Origin: a virus | Lineage: Duplodnaviria; Caudoviricetes | DNA length: 60,209 bases | Virus record (IMG/VR): IMGVR_UViG_3300037518_000230 | Location: 1 to 60,209 of that record | Reading direction: 5' to 3' (one strand) | Part shown: piece by piece, positions 40,204 through 50,102 of the stretch | Numbering within the stretch: the first letter of the stretch is position 1 | How the letters are laid out: every line of letters starts with the position of its first letter | Notes under the pieces: model-generated | Databases searched by the model: none | What the model was told of the DNA's origin: nothing | Seen by the model: the letters and a program-made list of their open reading frames with translations, nothing else | Program-made: the position numbers and the translations under genes

Positions 40204-40955
40204 AGCTCATATCCTAACCTGGATGCAACGGCGTCAAAGGCGATCCGGGCCGCAACTGTGTTGTCCTTCCCAAAGGCGCTCTTCCAGTCACCGACAACGC
40301 CCCGACGTAAAAAGTGCTTCCAGAAAGGCGCGCCTTCGTTCGCCTTCATCGATTGAAAGCTGTTGCGCGAGACAGCCTGTGCCGCTCGCGAATAGGCGTC
40401 GATCCGGTCGAACGCCCGGATAAAGAACCCCTGCTGAAGAAAGTCGATCATCGATTTGACTTCGGAGACCGGATCACGAAGGAGCGCCTCGTAACTGATG
40501 CGGTAGATAAAGTCGAAGCGCTCCTCGGCCTCTAGCCACGCGGTGATAAAAGACGTCCATGGGCCATGAAAGTTCATCGGCCCATGCCCCCGAATAACCG
40601 CGTCAAGCTGGACGTCGATCGAGTTGCGCCAGTAGTGAGCGCCGGAGACAACGATATCGCATGGATGACGAACGATATGAATAACCGGCGTCGTCTTCCC
40701 AACGAGCGCCCGGAGGGAAATGCGATGCTCCCGATACACGGCCGGAGAGACGAGATCGCCTGTCGGGAGGAAATGCCCCTTGCGCACGACATAAGGCTTC
40801 GGTCGATCGAGGCCGGTCGTCGCCGGTTCGCGCTCGTCGTCTTCAGGACGACATCCTCCCGCCGCACAGTTCAGGACATCGGCGAGAAGGCGCGTTGCCC
40901 AGGTGTTGCCCGACTTCGGAAAACCCGCGAGGTAGATCGGCGATCGCTCGATCAT
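40200..40955 (-). CDS. PAPS-dependent sulfotransferase
   Basis: 5'-PSB loop GFPKSGNTW, 3'-PB motif RHPCDIVVS, C-terminal RRGVVGDWK. Confidence 0.9.
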   Translation of the reverse strand: MIERSPIYLAGFPKSGNTWATRLLADVLNCAAGGCRPEDDEREPATTGLDRPKPYVVRKGHFLPTGDLVSPAVYREHRISLRALVGKTTPVIHIVRHPCDIVVSGAHYWRNSIDVQLDAVIRGHGPMNFHGPWTSFITAWLEAEERFDFIYRISYEALLRDPVSEVKSMIDFLQQGFFIRAFDRIDAYSRAAQAVSRNSFQSMKANEGAPFWKHFLRRGVVGDWKSAFGKDNTVAARIAFDAVASRLGYEL

Positions 40956-41057
40956 GGGTAAAGCAGCAGCGCTAGTAGAATACAACCGAAAAAGATCGGA
41001 ATACCAAGAAGAAGGCCTAGTATCAGACCGCGGCATCCACTCAGTCGATAATCGACG

Positions 41058-41750
41058 TCAATCGGCGCTTCGTTCGATCGCAAGGCACACCTCCCCATCC
41101 TGATGAATAAGCTCTGCCATCGCTTCCCATGTAATCGTAGCCCGGCCGTTCCTTCCCCACGCATGCCCCCAGGAGTTCTTAATCCGGAGCGTCTTCGTTC
41201 GCACATTCACACCGTTGAGAAGGTACGCATGCCCGCCGACCGGCGAACCGATCAGATCATCGATGTTAATAAAACCATCGCGAGGATCGAACATGCGACC
41301 GTACCATTTCGTGCCGACGACGACCGGGCCATGATAGAGGAGCGCCTCGATCGCATCCTCTAGCGTCCATGCCCATCGATACTCGCTAATAACACCGAGC
41401 TCCGAGAGCACCTTCGCTCCCGCTCGAACCGATGTGCCATCATAATTGTTGCCAGGAAACTCATCGATCTCCTGTGCTCGCCGGTAAATATCCCTGGGCC
41501 GATAAATAAAGCCCGGCCGATCGCGCGGCTCGTGAGTAATCGGGCCGTCTTCCATCCAATGAAGCCACGCCCCGGCAACGCACCACGGCTTGTTTCCCTG
41601 ATCCCACCACGCGCCGCCGTCCCACCAGTAACGGTGCAGGAGACGCTCCTCCGGAGGACGTGCGGCGGCAAAGGCGCGAATGGTAAAGTCTTGATCGCGC
41701 TCGTCGGGCTCATAAATTCGGCCAAGACCATAGTCTCTAGCTGTCATCAT
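41058..41750 (-). CDS. Papain-like (C1) cysteine peptidase
   Basis: DQGNKPWCV, GGHAY, KNSWG..WG. Confidence 0.88.
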   Translation of the reverse strand: MMTARDYGLGRIYEPDERDQDFTIRAFAAARPPEERLLHRYWWDGGAWWDQGNKPWCVAGAWLHWMEDGPITHEPRDRPGFIYRPRDIYRRAQEIDEFPGNNYDGTSVRAGAKVLSELGVISEYRWAWTLEDAIEALLYHGPVVVGTKWYGRMFDPRDGFINIDDLIGSPVGGHAYLLNGVNVRTKTLRIKNSWGHAWGRNGRATITWEAMAELIHQDGEVCLAIERSAD

Positions 41751-41752
41751 AC

Positions 41753-42019
41753 CTACCTCTCAGACGCCCATGGGAAAGTCCGGCTAAGATCGTTGAGAAC
41801 TTCCCATACGCGATGCTCGACCGTGTAATAATCGATACCGCCCTCGATATAAACCGAGACATGCGCCGATGTGTTTGTAGCGCCGATCTGCTCTAGGACC
41901 CATTCTAAGGCAGCCTCAGCGCCTTCGAAGTAAGCCCGGTCATCCCTGGCATGCATGGCGTGTATCTTCGTTCGCCGCAAATCCTCGGCGATCTTCTCCC
42001 GCAAATCGTCGATCGTCAT
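41753..42019 (-). CDS. Hypothetical protein
   Basis: ATGA-coupled ORF. Confidence 0.5.
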   Translation of the reverse strand: MTIDDLREKIAEDLRRTKIHAMHARDDRAYFEGAEAALEWVLEQIGATNTSAHVSVYIEGGIDYYTVEHRVWEVLNDLSRTFPWASER

Positions 42020-43275
42020 GGTGCTCTCCCGTCTGTATTCTGAGACCGGAGCCGGTCCCAGTCGAGGCGTCCCTTCCGAATATACGAGCGGCTCTTAACG
42101 TTGAAATACCCGTCGAACATCGAGCCGAAATCCATAATCGAGACGTTCGAAGCACTCCAGATATCGTCGATAAAAACCTTCGCGTGCAGACCGGAGGAGA
42201 TACCCAGGAAGTCGGCCCCGGTCGTCTCGATCGCATCGAGTGCCTCGCTAACGATCCGCTCCCGCTCTTCGATCGCATCGCGCGGTGGGACCTCGACATA
42301 GCGGGCGATCCGGAAGAAGGTGTCGTTAATCCCCCGAAGGTGCGGAGGCCCAATATATACGACCGTGCGCCTCCGGATTTGATCGATAAGAGGCCACAGG
42401 TTCCCGGCGAGGCTCTCATCGAGGAGCATATCGCCGATCGTCCACTCGACCTCGATCTTCTCCCGTTCGAGAAAAGCGCCGATCTCGCGCGCTAGCTTGC
42501 GCCGTGCGATCCGAAGGATAGCGTGCTCATAGGGTCGATTGTTATGAAGGACCTCTCGGAGCGCATCCCTTAGCTTCGGTGTAAAGATACAGCCATTCGA
42601 GTTGCGCCGATCGAGATAGGATAGGATAGCCAGCCACTCCCCGTCACCGTAGCGGGCAAAACCCAACCGCTCTCCCCGCTGGAGCCTATCAACGTAATAA
42701 GATAGAGGGTGCTTTTTGAGATCGCGCCCCCATACAGGAAATTTGATTGCCGCCATGATGCGCTCCCGTAAATAGAGTTCGAGATTGAACTTCGCGCGCC
42801 ACTCGTCCGCTGCACGCTTCACCGCCTCCCACGCCGGATGACCGGTTCCGTAATCGTGAAATACGATCGTCGCTCCAGAAGCAAGGTGAGGCTCCCACGC
42901 TTCGAGCTCGCTCCGGACGTAATCGTAAGAATGGTTGCCGTCCACGAAAAGAAGATCGATCGGGCCGCCTTCCCAGCCGGAGCCCGCTCGAATACTGTCG
43001 CCCTGAAGCTGCTTGTAGCGCTTACCGGCGATACCAGAAAGCGCCTGCCGCTCGGCATATAAGGATGAAGAGCTTTTATCGACGGTCGTGAGTTTAACGT
43101 CCCTGCGAGCCTCCAGGATCGCTAGCGCACTCGTGCCGACACCCGCGCCGATATTGACAACTATCGCCCCCTTCGGGAGTTCCTTCGCGAGCGACTGAAG
43201 CTTCTGTACTTCCCCGACACTCATCATTCCCTTAGATGCTGCAAGCTCGATTGCCTTCATAGGACATCTCCCCAA
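42016..43275 (-). CDS. Methyltransferase fused to a GT-D-fold (DUF1792-like) glycosyltransferase
   Basis: NIGAGVGTS, FVDGNHSY, FHDY; then FARYGDGE and DFGSMFD. Confidence 0.8.
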   Translation of the reverse strand: MGRCPMKAIELAASKGMMSVGEVQKLQSLAKELPKGAIVVNIGAGVGTSALAILEARRDVKLTTVDKSSSSLYAERQALSGIAGKRYKQLQGDSIRAGSGWEGGPIDLLFVDGNHSYDYVRSELEAWEPHLASGATIVFHDYGTGHPAWEAVKRAADEWRAKFNLELYLRERIMAAIKFPVWGRDLKKHPLSYYVDRLQRGERLGFARYGDGEWLAILSYLDRRNSNGCIFTPKLRDALREVLHNNRPYEHAILRIARRKLAREIGAFLEREKIEVEWTIGDMLLDESLAGNLWPLIDQIRRRTVVYIGPPHLRGINDTFFRIARYVEVPPRDAIEERERIVSEALDAIETTGADFLGISSGLHAKVFIDDIWSASNVSIMDFGSMFDGYFNVKSRSYIRKGRLDWDRLRSQNTDGRAP

Positions 43276-43469
43276 ACAAGAACAGTTCTTCCACCGTGAC
43301 CATGAATCTTCATCAGAACTTCGATTGATTCATAGAGGGCGGTAGAGGCGTACTCTGTAAGCCATCGGAGTACACATGTCCCATCGGTAAACTCAACGCC
43401 TTCGGCGATCCACCCAGTACCGCTCACTCCTGTAGCGTCCTTATCGCGCCGAAGCATGAAGGTTTTCAT
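43257..43469 (-). CDS. Small phage protein
   Basis: DATGVSGTGWIAEGVEFTDG..HGHGGRT. Confidence 0.7.
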   Translation of the reverse strand: MKTFMLRRDKDATGVSGTGWIAEGVEFTDGTCVLRWLTEYASTALYESIEVLMKIHGHGGRTVLVWGDVL

Positions 43470-43762
43470 TCGACGGGTTGCTCAACGAAACTGAAGGCCT
43501 GCTGCCGGATCCGTGATCGCTTCTCAAACTCGGCGTTAATGAAATCGACCTTCCGTTTCTGAAGAAGGCCATCAGGAAAGATCATCCCTTGCATATCGTT
43601 GCGCTGATCGTAGATAACAACCTGAGTGCCGCCATCCTCTCCGATCGCGAAACCAAGCGAGAGGCCTAGTATGTGAAGGAAGCGCCGGTTAACTTCCTGT
43701 AGATAGCCGTCATCTTTGAACTTTACCGGGTCCATTACATTGCGATTATTGACTTGTGACAT
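43466..43762 (-). CDS. Hypothetical phage protein
   Basis: GYLQEVNRRFLHILGLSL. Confidence 0.6.
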   Translation of the reverse strand: MSQVNNRNVMDPVKFKDDGYLQEVNRRFLHILGLSLGFAIGEDGGTQVVIYDQRNDMQGMIFPDGLLQKRKVDFINAEFEKRSRIRQQAFSFVEQPVE

Positions 43763-43764
43763 TC

Positions 43765-45432
43765 TTATGCTCCCGTTTCTTCTTCGTAGAGATCGGCGGT
43801 AAGAAGCTCGCCGAAGACCTCACCGGTCCTGGCGACCCCCTCTTCGATCGCATGATCGACGTCCTCCTCGGTGATTACAACGTCTTCGCTCTCGAATAGG
43901 ATCTCCCCCTGACGCACCTTCGCGACCGGGTAACTCTGACGCCGAACGAGATCGGAGCCGGAGGACGCGAGGATCACAGTCCGGTTCTCAGGCCAGCAGT
44001 AACGAACAATCGGCTCTTGCGGGAATGTCGCGATCGTCCGCACAATATACGGGTCGGATAAAAGGCGATCGCGCTGTCTTCGTCTCTCGGCCTCACCGAG
44101 GTCCTCGGCAGCCTCTTCGATAACTTCGGATTCGATTTGATCGGCATCCTCGGTATCCGTTGCGACGGCCTCCTCCTCGACTTCCGTCCACTCCGGAGGG
44201 ATAAAGCCCATATCGGCCAGGAGCGAGCGTGCCTCTTCACGACTGATAAGAGGAACTCCGAGCGTAAGCCCGCTCTCATAAGCCGTTCGAACGGCGTCCA
44301 CCTTTGCCTTCGCAACGTCGGCGTCGATCATCTCGCCTTCCGCATCGCGCTGCTCGAACTCGAAGTGAAGCGTCTCCGGAAGTTGGCCCTGTAACTTCTC
44401 CTGATAGCCGAGCGCAAAGTCGAGGCCCCCCTTCCCCGTCGCCTTCATGTGCTGGACCTGACTCTCGGTCCCCCGGCCAAGGGAGCCGAACTGCACGGGC
44501 CAGAACTCCGACGGGTCATAACCGAAGCATAGCGCATAGCCATACATAAGAAGATCGACAAACGTCTTGCGATCGAAGCCATCGGGAAGGCTAGAGAGCG
44601 CGATCAGCTTTGCGTCGTTCTGCTCGATCCCTTCGGATGCAAGGACCGCCACCGCACCGTAGTATTTCTGCTCGTTCCCGTCGAGCTTCTCGGCCCGCTC
44701 GTTCATCGCCGCATTCCATTGATGCTGAGAAATATTCTGAAGAAGAAGGATCCCGCGCGGTGCACGCGCCAAGAGCTTCTCCTGATCGTGCTGATAGATA
44801 GCGATCATCAGCTTCGCGAGTTCAAGAACGCGCGAGAGAGCGCAGAAACCTAGCCGGGAGAACGTCTCGTTCGTCGAAGGCATCGAGACGACCCGGAAGA
44901 AATCATCCCGTTGCCAGAATTGAGGCGAGCCCAGACGAGGATAGTAGAGAAGCGGAGTAGAGGGATTGCCGCTGAGGCGCACGCGTGCCGGATCTACGTG
45001 AAAGAGCGATCGCATCGGACCGCCGAGCCCATCCCGGCCGATCTCGGTAATCGAGCCGACATCGGACGTATAGAACGATAGCGACTCCATGCTCATGAAA
45101 GTGCGCCACCCTGAATAGTCCTCGACCTCGTGAAGGATATCGGTATAGCGCCGCACCTGATTGCGCCCACCGGTAAGGGTCCATCCCCGGTTTTTGTCGA
45201 TCGCTACGACGCTATTGAGAACGCCCGCTAAGTGGGGCTCTCGAATCCAGAACCGCTGAAGCCACGCGTCACGCGCCCGGCTGCTCACCCCATAATCCGG
45301 CTCTTCGATATCGGCCATCTTTACCCATCGGTAAACCGAGGTAAAGATATAATTAACTTCGTCTTCGCTAAAGCGCGGTTGTTTTGAAAGTGAAGAGGCG
45401 TCAGTCATCAGTTTGCCATCCCTCTGGCCCAC
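43765..45432 (-). CDS. Portal protein
   Basis: Directly after the terminase; 555 aa; LFHVDPARV, ISREEARSLL. Confidence 0.75.
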   Translation of the reverse strand: MGQRDGKLMTDASSLSKQPRFSEDEVNYIFTSVYRWVKMADIEEPDYGVSSRARDAWLQRFWIREPHLAGVLNSVVAIDKNRGWTLTGGRNQVRRYTDILHEVEDYSGWRTFMSMESLSFYTSDVGSITEIGRDGLGGPMRSLFHVDPARVRLSGNPSTPLLYYPRLGSPQFWQRDDFFRVVSMPSTNETFSRLGFCALSRVLELAKLMIAIYQHDQEKLLARAPRGILLLQNISQHQWNAAMNERAEKLDGNEQKYYGAVAVLASEGIEQNDAKLIALSSLPDGFDRKTFVDLLMYGYALCFGYDPSEFWPVQFGSLGRGTESQVQHMKATGKGGLDFALGYQEKLQGQLPETLHFEFEQRDAEGEMIDADVAKAKVDAVRTAYESGLTLGVPLISREEARSLLADMGFIPPEWTEVEEEAVATDTEDADQIESEVIEEAAEDLGEAERRRQRDRLLSDPYIVRTIATFPQEPIVRYCWPENRTVILASSGSDLVRRQSYPVAKVRQGEILFESEDVVITEEDVDHAIEEGVARTGEVFGELLTADLYEEETGA

Positions 45433-46919
45433 CCTCCGGCAAGCCCTGTTACGATCGCGTGGTGTCCTAGCGTCGAAGCATCGACAATATCATCGTGCCA
45501 CGAGGGACTAGGAAAGTTCTGCATATGTCGAATGTACCATGAGTTCCAAGGCCCTTGCAACAAGAAGACGAGTCCGGCCTCGGTATCGGAGGATAGAGGC
45601 CCCGCTCGTGCGACCTTATCTTGACGAGATGTAACCCCCCGAACCACCCGGCCTCGGCATAGCCGTTTGAGATCGTAGATTTGTTTTTTCCCCGACTGTC
45701 CCGGCTCCTGCTCGAAAATATAAGGAATATCGAGCGGATCACTCTCATGATAAGAGAGGACGTAATTATCGATCCGAGATACATCGATCCGGTCCTGATC
45801 GGCCTCTTCGATGTAATACTCATCGAGCGGCTTGGATGCCTGCTTCCGGCGTCGAAGCCCCATAAGGACGTTAGCGGTGTAGTCCGGGTCGTCTTTGAGC
45901 GTTTTCTTCTCGGTACCGGCGAGATCGAAGGCCCGGACCCGGAGCGTAAGCGCCGGAATAGAACCGACGATTTGACCGGCCCACCAGTCACGCTGAAATA
46001 CCTTCCCGGCCGAAGCCTCAACGTGCCAGTCTCCGAATAGAAGCTGCTGCCGCTCGACATACGGGAGCGCCATAAGCCGCGCAAGATAGCCAGGATCATT
46101 TTCAAGGAGCGCCGGATTGTCATATACCGAGGCCGGAATGAAGGTTCGGGAAAGACCGTCCGGGTCGTCGGGCTCGCATACGACGTCATTATCGTTATGA
46201 TCGCGTTTGAAATAAAGGACCTCGCCCGGCTCTGCGCGTGGGAGCCCCGCCTCTTCGAGCTCTTCGTCGAGACCGAGCCATGGAAGCCAGCGGGAAAGCA
46301 CCCACCGTGCGCCGGGATTGGCCGTCGCACATACCTGAGGCGTGATACTCGGATTCGTAGAGCGAGCACGAGAGAAAAGATAGAGGTAAGTATCGAGATC
46401 GAAATCTTCGAGCTGATCGAAGCCAATAAAGCCGTACTCCGCACCGCGATAGTTGAAGCGATCGGATGGGTTTTGAAGGTGACGCATCGCGACCTGCGCC
46501 GCGTTCGGGAACTTCCAGCGGTACTGACCGGAGAAGTAATGCGCCCCCATATCAGCGTAGATATCCCGGCTCCGATCGGCAAGCCCACCGGCCTCGGTGA
46601 TCTGCTTGTATGTCTTCCGGAATAGGACCGCCGCATAGTCCGGGTGGTGCGCCTGCATACAGGCCTTAGCGAGCAGGCCGATCGTCTTCCCACCACCGGC
46701 CTGCCCGCCATAGAGAACCTCGAATGCCTCCGAGATGAGGAACTGCGCTTGCCTTCCAGGGTTAGGCCTCCATATCTTTAGAAGCCGTTCCACCGCCGAG
46801 CGCGAGTCTAGCGAGGGTGTCGGAAGCCCCCTCTTCTTCATCTCCGAAATCGCTATCGCTAACATCTCCCGTTGTTCTTTCGGAGAGGAGGCTCGCTGTA
46901 AACTCTTGGAGTTGCTCAT
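45408..46919 (-). CDS. terL: Terminase large subunit
   Basis: YGGQAGGGKT, IGFDQLEDF, ATANPG, AFDLAGT, HDDIVDA. Confidence 0.93.
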   Translation of the reverse strand: MSNSKSLQRASSPKEQREMLAIAISEMKKRGLPTPSLDSRSAVERLLKIWRPNPGRQAQFLISEAFEVLYGGQAGGGKTIGLLAKACMQAHHPDYAAVLFRKTYKQITEAGGLADRSRDIYADMGAHYFSGQYRWKFPNAAQVAMRHLQNPSDRFNYRGAEYGFIGFDQLEDFDLDTYLYLFSRARSTNPSITPQVCATANPGARWVLSRWLPWLGLDEELEEAGLPRAEPGEVLYFKRDHNDNDVVCEPDDPDGLSRTFIPASVYDNPALLENDPGYLARLMALPYVERQQLLFGDWHVEASAGKVFQRDWWAGQIVGSIPALTLRVRAFDLAGTEKKTLKDDPDYTANVLMGLRRRKQASKPLDEYYIEEADQDRIDVSRIDNYVLSYHESDPLDIPYIFEQEPGQSGKKQIYDLKRLCRGRVVRGVTSRQDKVARAGPLSSDTEAGLVFLLQGPWNSWYIRHMQNFPSPSWHDDIVDASTLGHHAIVTGLAGGWARGMAN

Positions 46920-47466
46920 CCGTCATCTCTCCGATCATCAACCAAGCGTCGGGGAGCCCGCGCGCTGTCCTCTCAACCTTCGTAAGCATTTCGAGACGCC
47001 CCATACCCTGAATAAGATACTTCATCAAGTCGTCGTTTGAGAGACCGTCGAGGAACTTCTTATCACCCTCCTTAGCCGCGCGCTGCACGCGCTTGAGGAA
47101 CTCGCCGGTAAGCTGACCGAGAGCGCCGATCGCTAGTTGCGCCTGTGTCGCGTGACGCCGCCCCATTTCGGCGACCGCCTCAAGCTGTTCGTTCCGGCTA
47201 ACCCGATCACATTCGACGTCCCATTCTGCCGCCCGCTCGACCCATCGCCATTGAACCGACCAGCGCTTCATAATGGTATCGCTTTTAGATAACACCTGGG
47301 CGACATTATGTAAAGAACGAGAGACGCCCATATCGCGATAGATCGAAAAAGCCTCGAACGCCTTTGCGCTCTCATATCGCTGTCGCACCCATGGATCCCG
47401 GTCGTCGTTTAATGGCCGGATCTTGGTCGATGGTTGGTTGCGGAATACTTTCTTCTTGTCGCTCAT
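46762..47466 (-). CDS. terS: Terminase small subunit
   Basis: WVRQRYESAKAFEAFSIYRDMG..RS..WS..WRWVERAAEWD; upstream of terL. Confidence 0.8.
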   Translation of the reverse strand: MSDKKKVFRNQPSTKIRPLNDDRDPWVRQRYESAKAFEAFSIYRDMGVSRSLHNVAQVLSKSDTIMKRWSVQWRWVERAAEWDVECDRVSRNEQLEAVAEMGRRHATQAQLAIGALGQLTGEFLKRVQRAAKEGDKKFLDGLSNDDLMKYLIQGMGRLEMLTKVERTARGLPDAWLMIGEMTDEQLQEFTASLLSERTTGDVSDSDFGDEEEGASDTLARLALGGGTASKDMEA

Positions 47467-47477
47467 GCGCGACCTTT

Positions 47478-47804
47478 CTACTCGCTGTTGGGATTGTAGA
47501 TATCGGTAGCGACCGAGGCCGGGTCGACCCAGTCCGGAACGTCGCCGCGCTCTAGTAGATATTCTAACCACGTATTGATGTCTTGGATACGCACCCGGCC
47601 GTCGGGCGTGAAGTGATAATCGCTAACGCTCTCGACGGGAATACCGGTGTACTTCGAAATGATCGGCTTGGCCTCGTCTTGATTGGCCTCGATCCAGTTG
47701 ATCGCATCGACGACCCCGGCTACGAATGCCCGCGCCTGCTCTGGATTGTACTGGCCCCATAGCCGGTTGATAAAGATAAGGGAGACATGCCGCGACTGAC
47801 CCAA
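47478..47804 (-). pseudogene. C-terminal fragment of an ABC transporter (SsuA/NitT-TauT-like) substrate-binding protein
   Basis: NPEQARAFVAGVVDAINWIEANQDEAKPIISKYTG. Confidence 0.6.
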
Positions 47805-48073
47805 CTTTCTGAAGCCGTTGTTCTTTTACTATGTGACATTCGCTTGAATCTCCATGATTGAATTAGAATATACACGAAACTAGAACAAATTTCAATGCTT
47901 GACGCTAAAGAGTTCTGGTGCTAGTATGATCTTAGATCGCGGGATAAGAGCCGGGGAACCCCACCCCCATCTTGTCCTCCTTTCTCTCTCAGTCGAGCGC
48001 TCGCACACACCCCCTGATGCCCTAGCGTCATCTCCGGCCAAGTGACGAGCGCTCGGCGCATTTAATTTGCCTC

Positions 48074-48103
48074 TTGACAAAATGGACATTTCGATTGTAT
48101 AAT
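48074..48103 (+). promoter_or_regulatory. Operator-containing early promoter
   Basis: TTGACAAAATGGACATTT...TATAAT. Confidence 0.85.
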
Positions 48104-48126
48104 GAGAGAAAGAAAGCGAGAGAGAA

Positions 48127-48333
48127 ATGACAAATAATTTCAAAACCCACGTTGAAGAAAGCGGATACTTTGAGGGGATCGTCGATTGGAATACGGTCCT
48201 CGAACTCTTCCCCGATGAACTCCCCGGCGAAGAGGGATGCTCGGAATGTAACGGCTCCCTGATGGTCTATGACGAGATCGACGTCGGCGACACCTTCGTT
48301 CGTGTTCCCCGATGGTGCGAGTGCGCCCGATGA
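48127..48333 (+). CDS. Small zinc-ribbon-like protein
   Basis: CSECNG...WCEC. Confidence 0.55.
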   Translation: MTNNFKTHVEESGYFEGIVDWNTVLELFPDELPGEEGCSECNGSLMVYDEIDVGDTFVRVPRWCECAR

Positions 48334-48542
48334 AGATATCTTTTCGCCGCTTCCCCGCCTCCGAGCTCGAAACTGAGGAGATCGACTTTCTTAGTATCGA
48401 GCTCGGCGATCGGCAGGAATTTGAACTTCGGGAGCTCCTGAAGAGCCGGACTAAAAACAGCCTTGAGATCGCTAACTTCCGAGGCCGGATCGAGGTCCAG
48501 AATACCGGAACAAAGTCCGTGATCGTGATCCGAACCGCTTGA
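48330..48542 (+). CDS. Hypothetical protein
   Basis: ATGA-coupled, MKISFRRF. Confidence 0.5.
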   Translation: MKISFRRFPASELETEEIDFLSIELGDRQEFELRELLKSRTKNSLEIANFRGRIEVQNTGTKSVIVIRTA

Positions 48543-48567
48543 CATTATGGACATTTTATACTAGGAT
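48539..48567 (+). promoter_or_regulatory. Operator-containing promoter
   Basis: TTGACATTATGGACATTT...TAGGAT. Confidence 0.75.
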
Positions 48568-48590
48568 GATCGAGAGAGAAAGGGAACCAA

Positions 48591-48764
48591 ATGCCCAAAA
48601 CCCCTGAGAAGAAATACTACGTCGTTTATGACCGGACCGGCCGACAGTGCGGCCATGTATCGATCGATGATATCGAGGTCGAACGCCGCGCCCACCCGGA
48701 CCTGCGCTATGAGCCGAGCAAAGTTGTCGAGCGCTATTTCGCCCGGCTCCGGAAGGAGGCCTAG
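48591..48764 (+). CDS. Small hypothetical protein (not in the ORF track)
   Basis: MPKTPEKKYYVVYDRTGRQCGH...RKEA* after promoter and RBS. Confidence 0.5.
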   Translation: MPKTPEKKYYVVYDRTGRQCGHVSIDDIEVERRAHPDLRYEPSKVVERYFARLRKEA

Positions 48765-48767
48765 TAT

Positions 48768-49025
48768 ATGAGTGGGAAACGCTCTAGATGCCCTTGTGGG
48801 CGCGAGATGATCGACGGCGGCGAGTGCGCCTTCTCGATGATCGCTGACGGAAGACTTTACAACCGGACGCCGAATGGAAGAGCGGAGAACTGTCACGACT
48901 GCGGAGCCGGGCCCGGCAAAGTTCATCATTGGGGGTGCGACATGGAACGCTGCCCTCGCTGTCACGGCCAGCTTATCTCATGCGATTGCCGCGGGACCTA
49001 CCCGACGGCGCTCGCGAGATTGTAA
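48768..49025 (+). CDS. Cys-rich small protein
   Basis: CHDCG..HHWGCDMERCPRCHGQLISCDC. Confidence 0.7.
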   Translation: MSGKRSRCPCGREMIDGGECAFSMIADGRLYNRTPNGRAENCHDCGAGPGKVHHWGCDMERCPRCHGQLISCDCRGTYPTALARL

Positions 49026-49231
49026 TGATCTGGAATCCGAAGACCGATCAGCGCGTACGCCTTCACTATCGGAAGGAGAGCGCGCATTTCTTCCCGCATC
49101 ATGGAAAAAGCGGGATCATCATACACGCTTCGAAGGGAGGTGGTGCTACTGGGCCAATAAACGCGATGGTTCTTTTAGAAGACGGAACTCTAACTATCGT
49201 ACCGCGTGGAAATCTAATAAGGGAGAAATGA
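49026..49231 (+). CDS. Hypothetical protein (start approximate)
   Basis: MIWNPK...GPINAMV..IVPRGNL. Confidence 0.5.
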
Positions 49232-49232
49232 A

Positions 49233-50102
49233 GTGAAGAAACTTAGCTTTGCAATCGTGCTCGCCCTCGTGCTTCTTATGGTCGTTGCGCTCGGAGCGTT
49301 TGCAGCACCGGAGCAGATGGAAGCACAAACCGGGCAAGAGACATGCCCGAACGGTGGCGACTGGGTGAAAGTCGATGGCCTTAGCGGTTATACCTACACC
49401 TACACACCGCCCCCTGGGTTTGCCGTGACAGATAACTGCTACAAGCACTCGACGTATGTGCATTACGGTAGCGGCCCGACCGTTACCGCTGACTGGCACT
49501 ATTCGTTCCCGTTTCCCAAGAGACACGAATTGAGCCATGCGAGTTTCAAATTGGTTGCTGTAGAGCCTGAGATCACCGTCAAGGTTGTGGACCGGGTAAA
49601 CTGTGATGCCGCTCGCTGGATCGCTCTTGTATTTGTCGATGGTGAGCCCGGTGGAGTGTATAACCTCGCTCGTTTCGAATGGGTCGATCCCTATACAACC
49701 GAAGTCGCCGTTGGTCCTAGCGGAACTTATCTCCTGGGCATCTATGGCGAATGGCGCTTGCGCCTGGAGGACGTAAACGAGCCTGGAGAATGCCTCGACA
49801 CCGAGCCTACCCCTGAGGTCACTCCGGAAGTGACTCCGGAAGTAACACCGGAGATCACCCCGGACAATCCTCCCGATGATAATCGTCCAGTGTGCCTCAA
49901 CTACCCGGACTGGACATCGCTTCCCTCCGGCTGGTGGCGAGCTTCTAGGGATCAGGAACCGCAATACACCGCGGGCTACTGCTACACCACGCCCCCATCT
50001 ACAGGCGGTGGTGATGCGCCCATCATGGTGATCGCCCTTATCGCCATTGGTGTTCTGATCGTCGCTATGGGAGCGATCGGATTTCGAGGGCGTCGAGCAT
50101 GA
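49233..50102 (+). CDS. Secreted surface protein with LPXTG-like sorting signal
   Basis: Signal peptide, (PEVT)n stalk, PPSTG, hydrophobic TM, RGRRA tail. Confidence 0.8.
   Translation: MKKLSFAIVLALVLLMVVALGAFAAPEQMEAQTGQETCPNGGDWVKVDGLSGYTYTYTPPPGFAVTDNCYKHSTYVHYGSGPTVTADWHYSFPFPKRHELSHASFKLVAVEPEITVKVVDRVNCDAARWIALVFVDGEPGGVYNLARFEWVDPYTTEVAVGPSGTYLLGIYGEWRLRLEDVNEPGECLDTEPTPEVTPEVTPEVTPEITPDNPPDDNRPVCLNYPDWTSLPSGWWRASRDQEPQYTAGYCYTTPPSTGGGDAPIMVIALIAIGVLIVAMGAIGFRGRRA
49802..49862 (+). repeat. 12-bp tandem coding repeat (TPEV)
   Basis: EPTPEVTPEVTPEVTPEITP. Confidence 0.8.

Noticed and set aside
45467-46711. 414-aa alternative-frame ORF inside terL
   Set aside because: Arg/Ser-rich out-of-frame product typical of GC-rich DNA.
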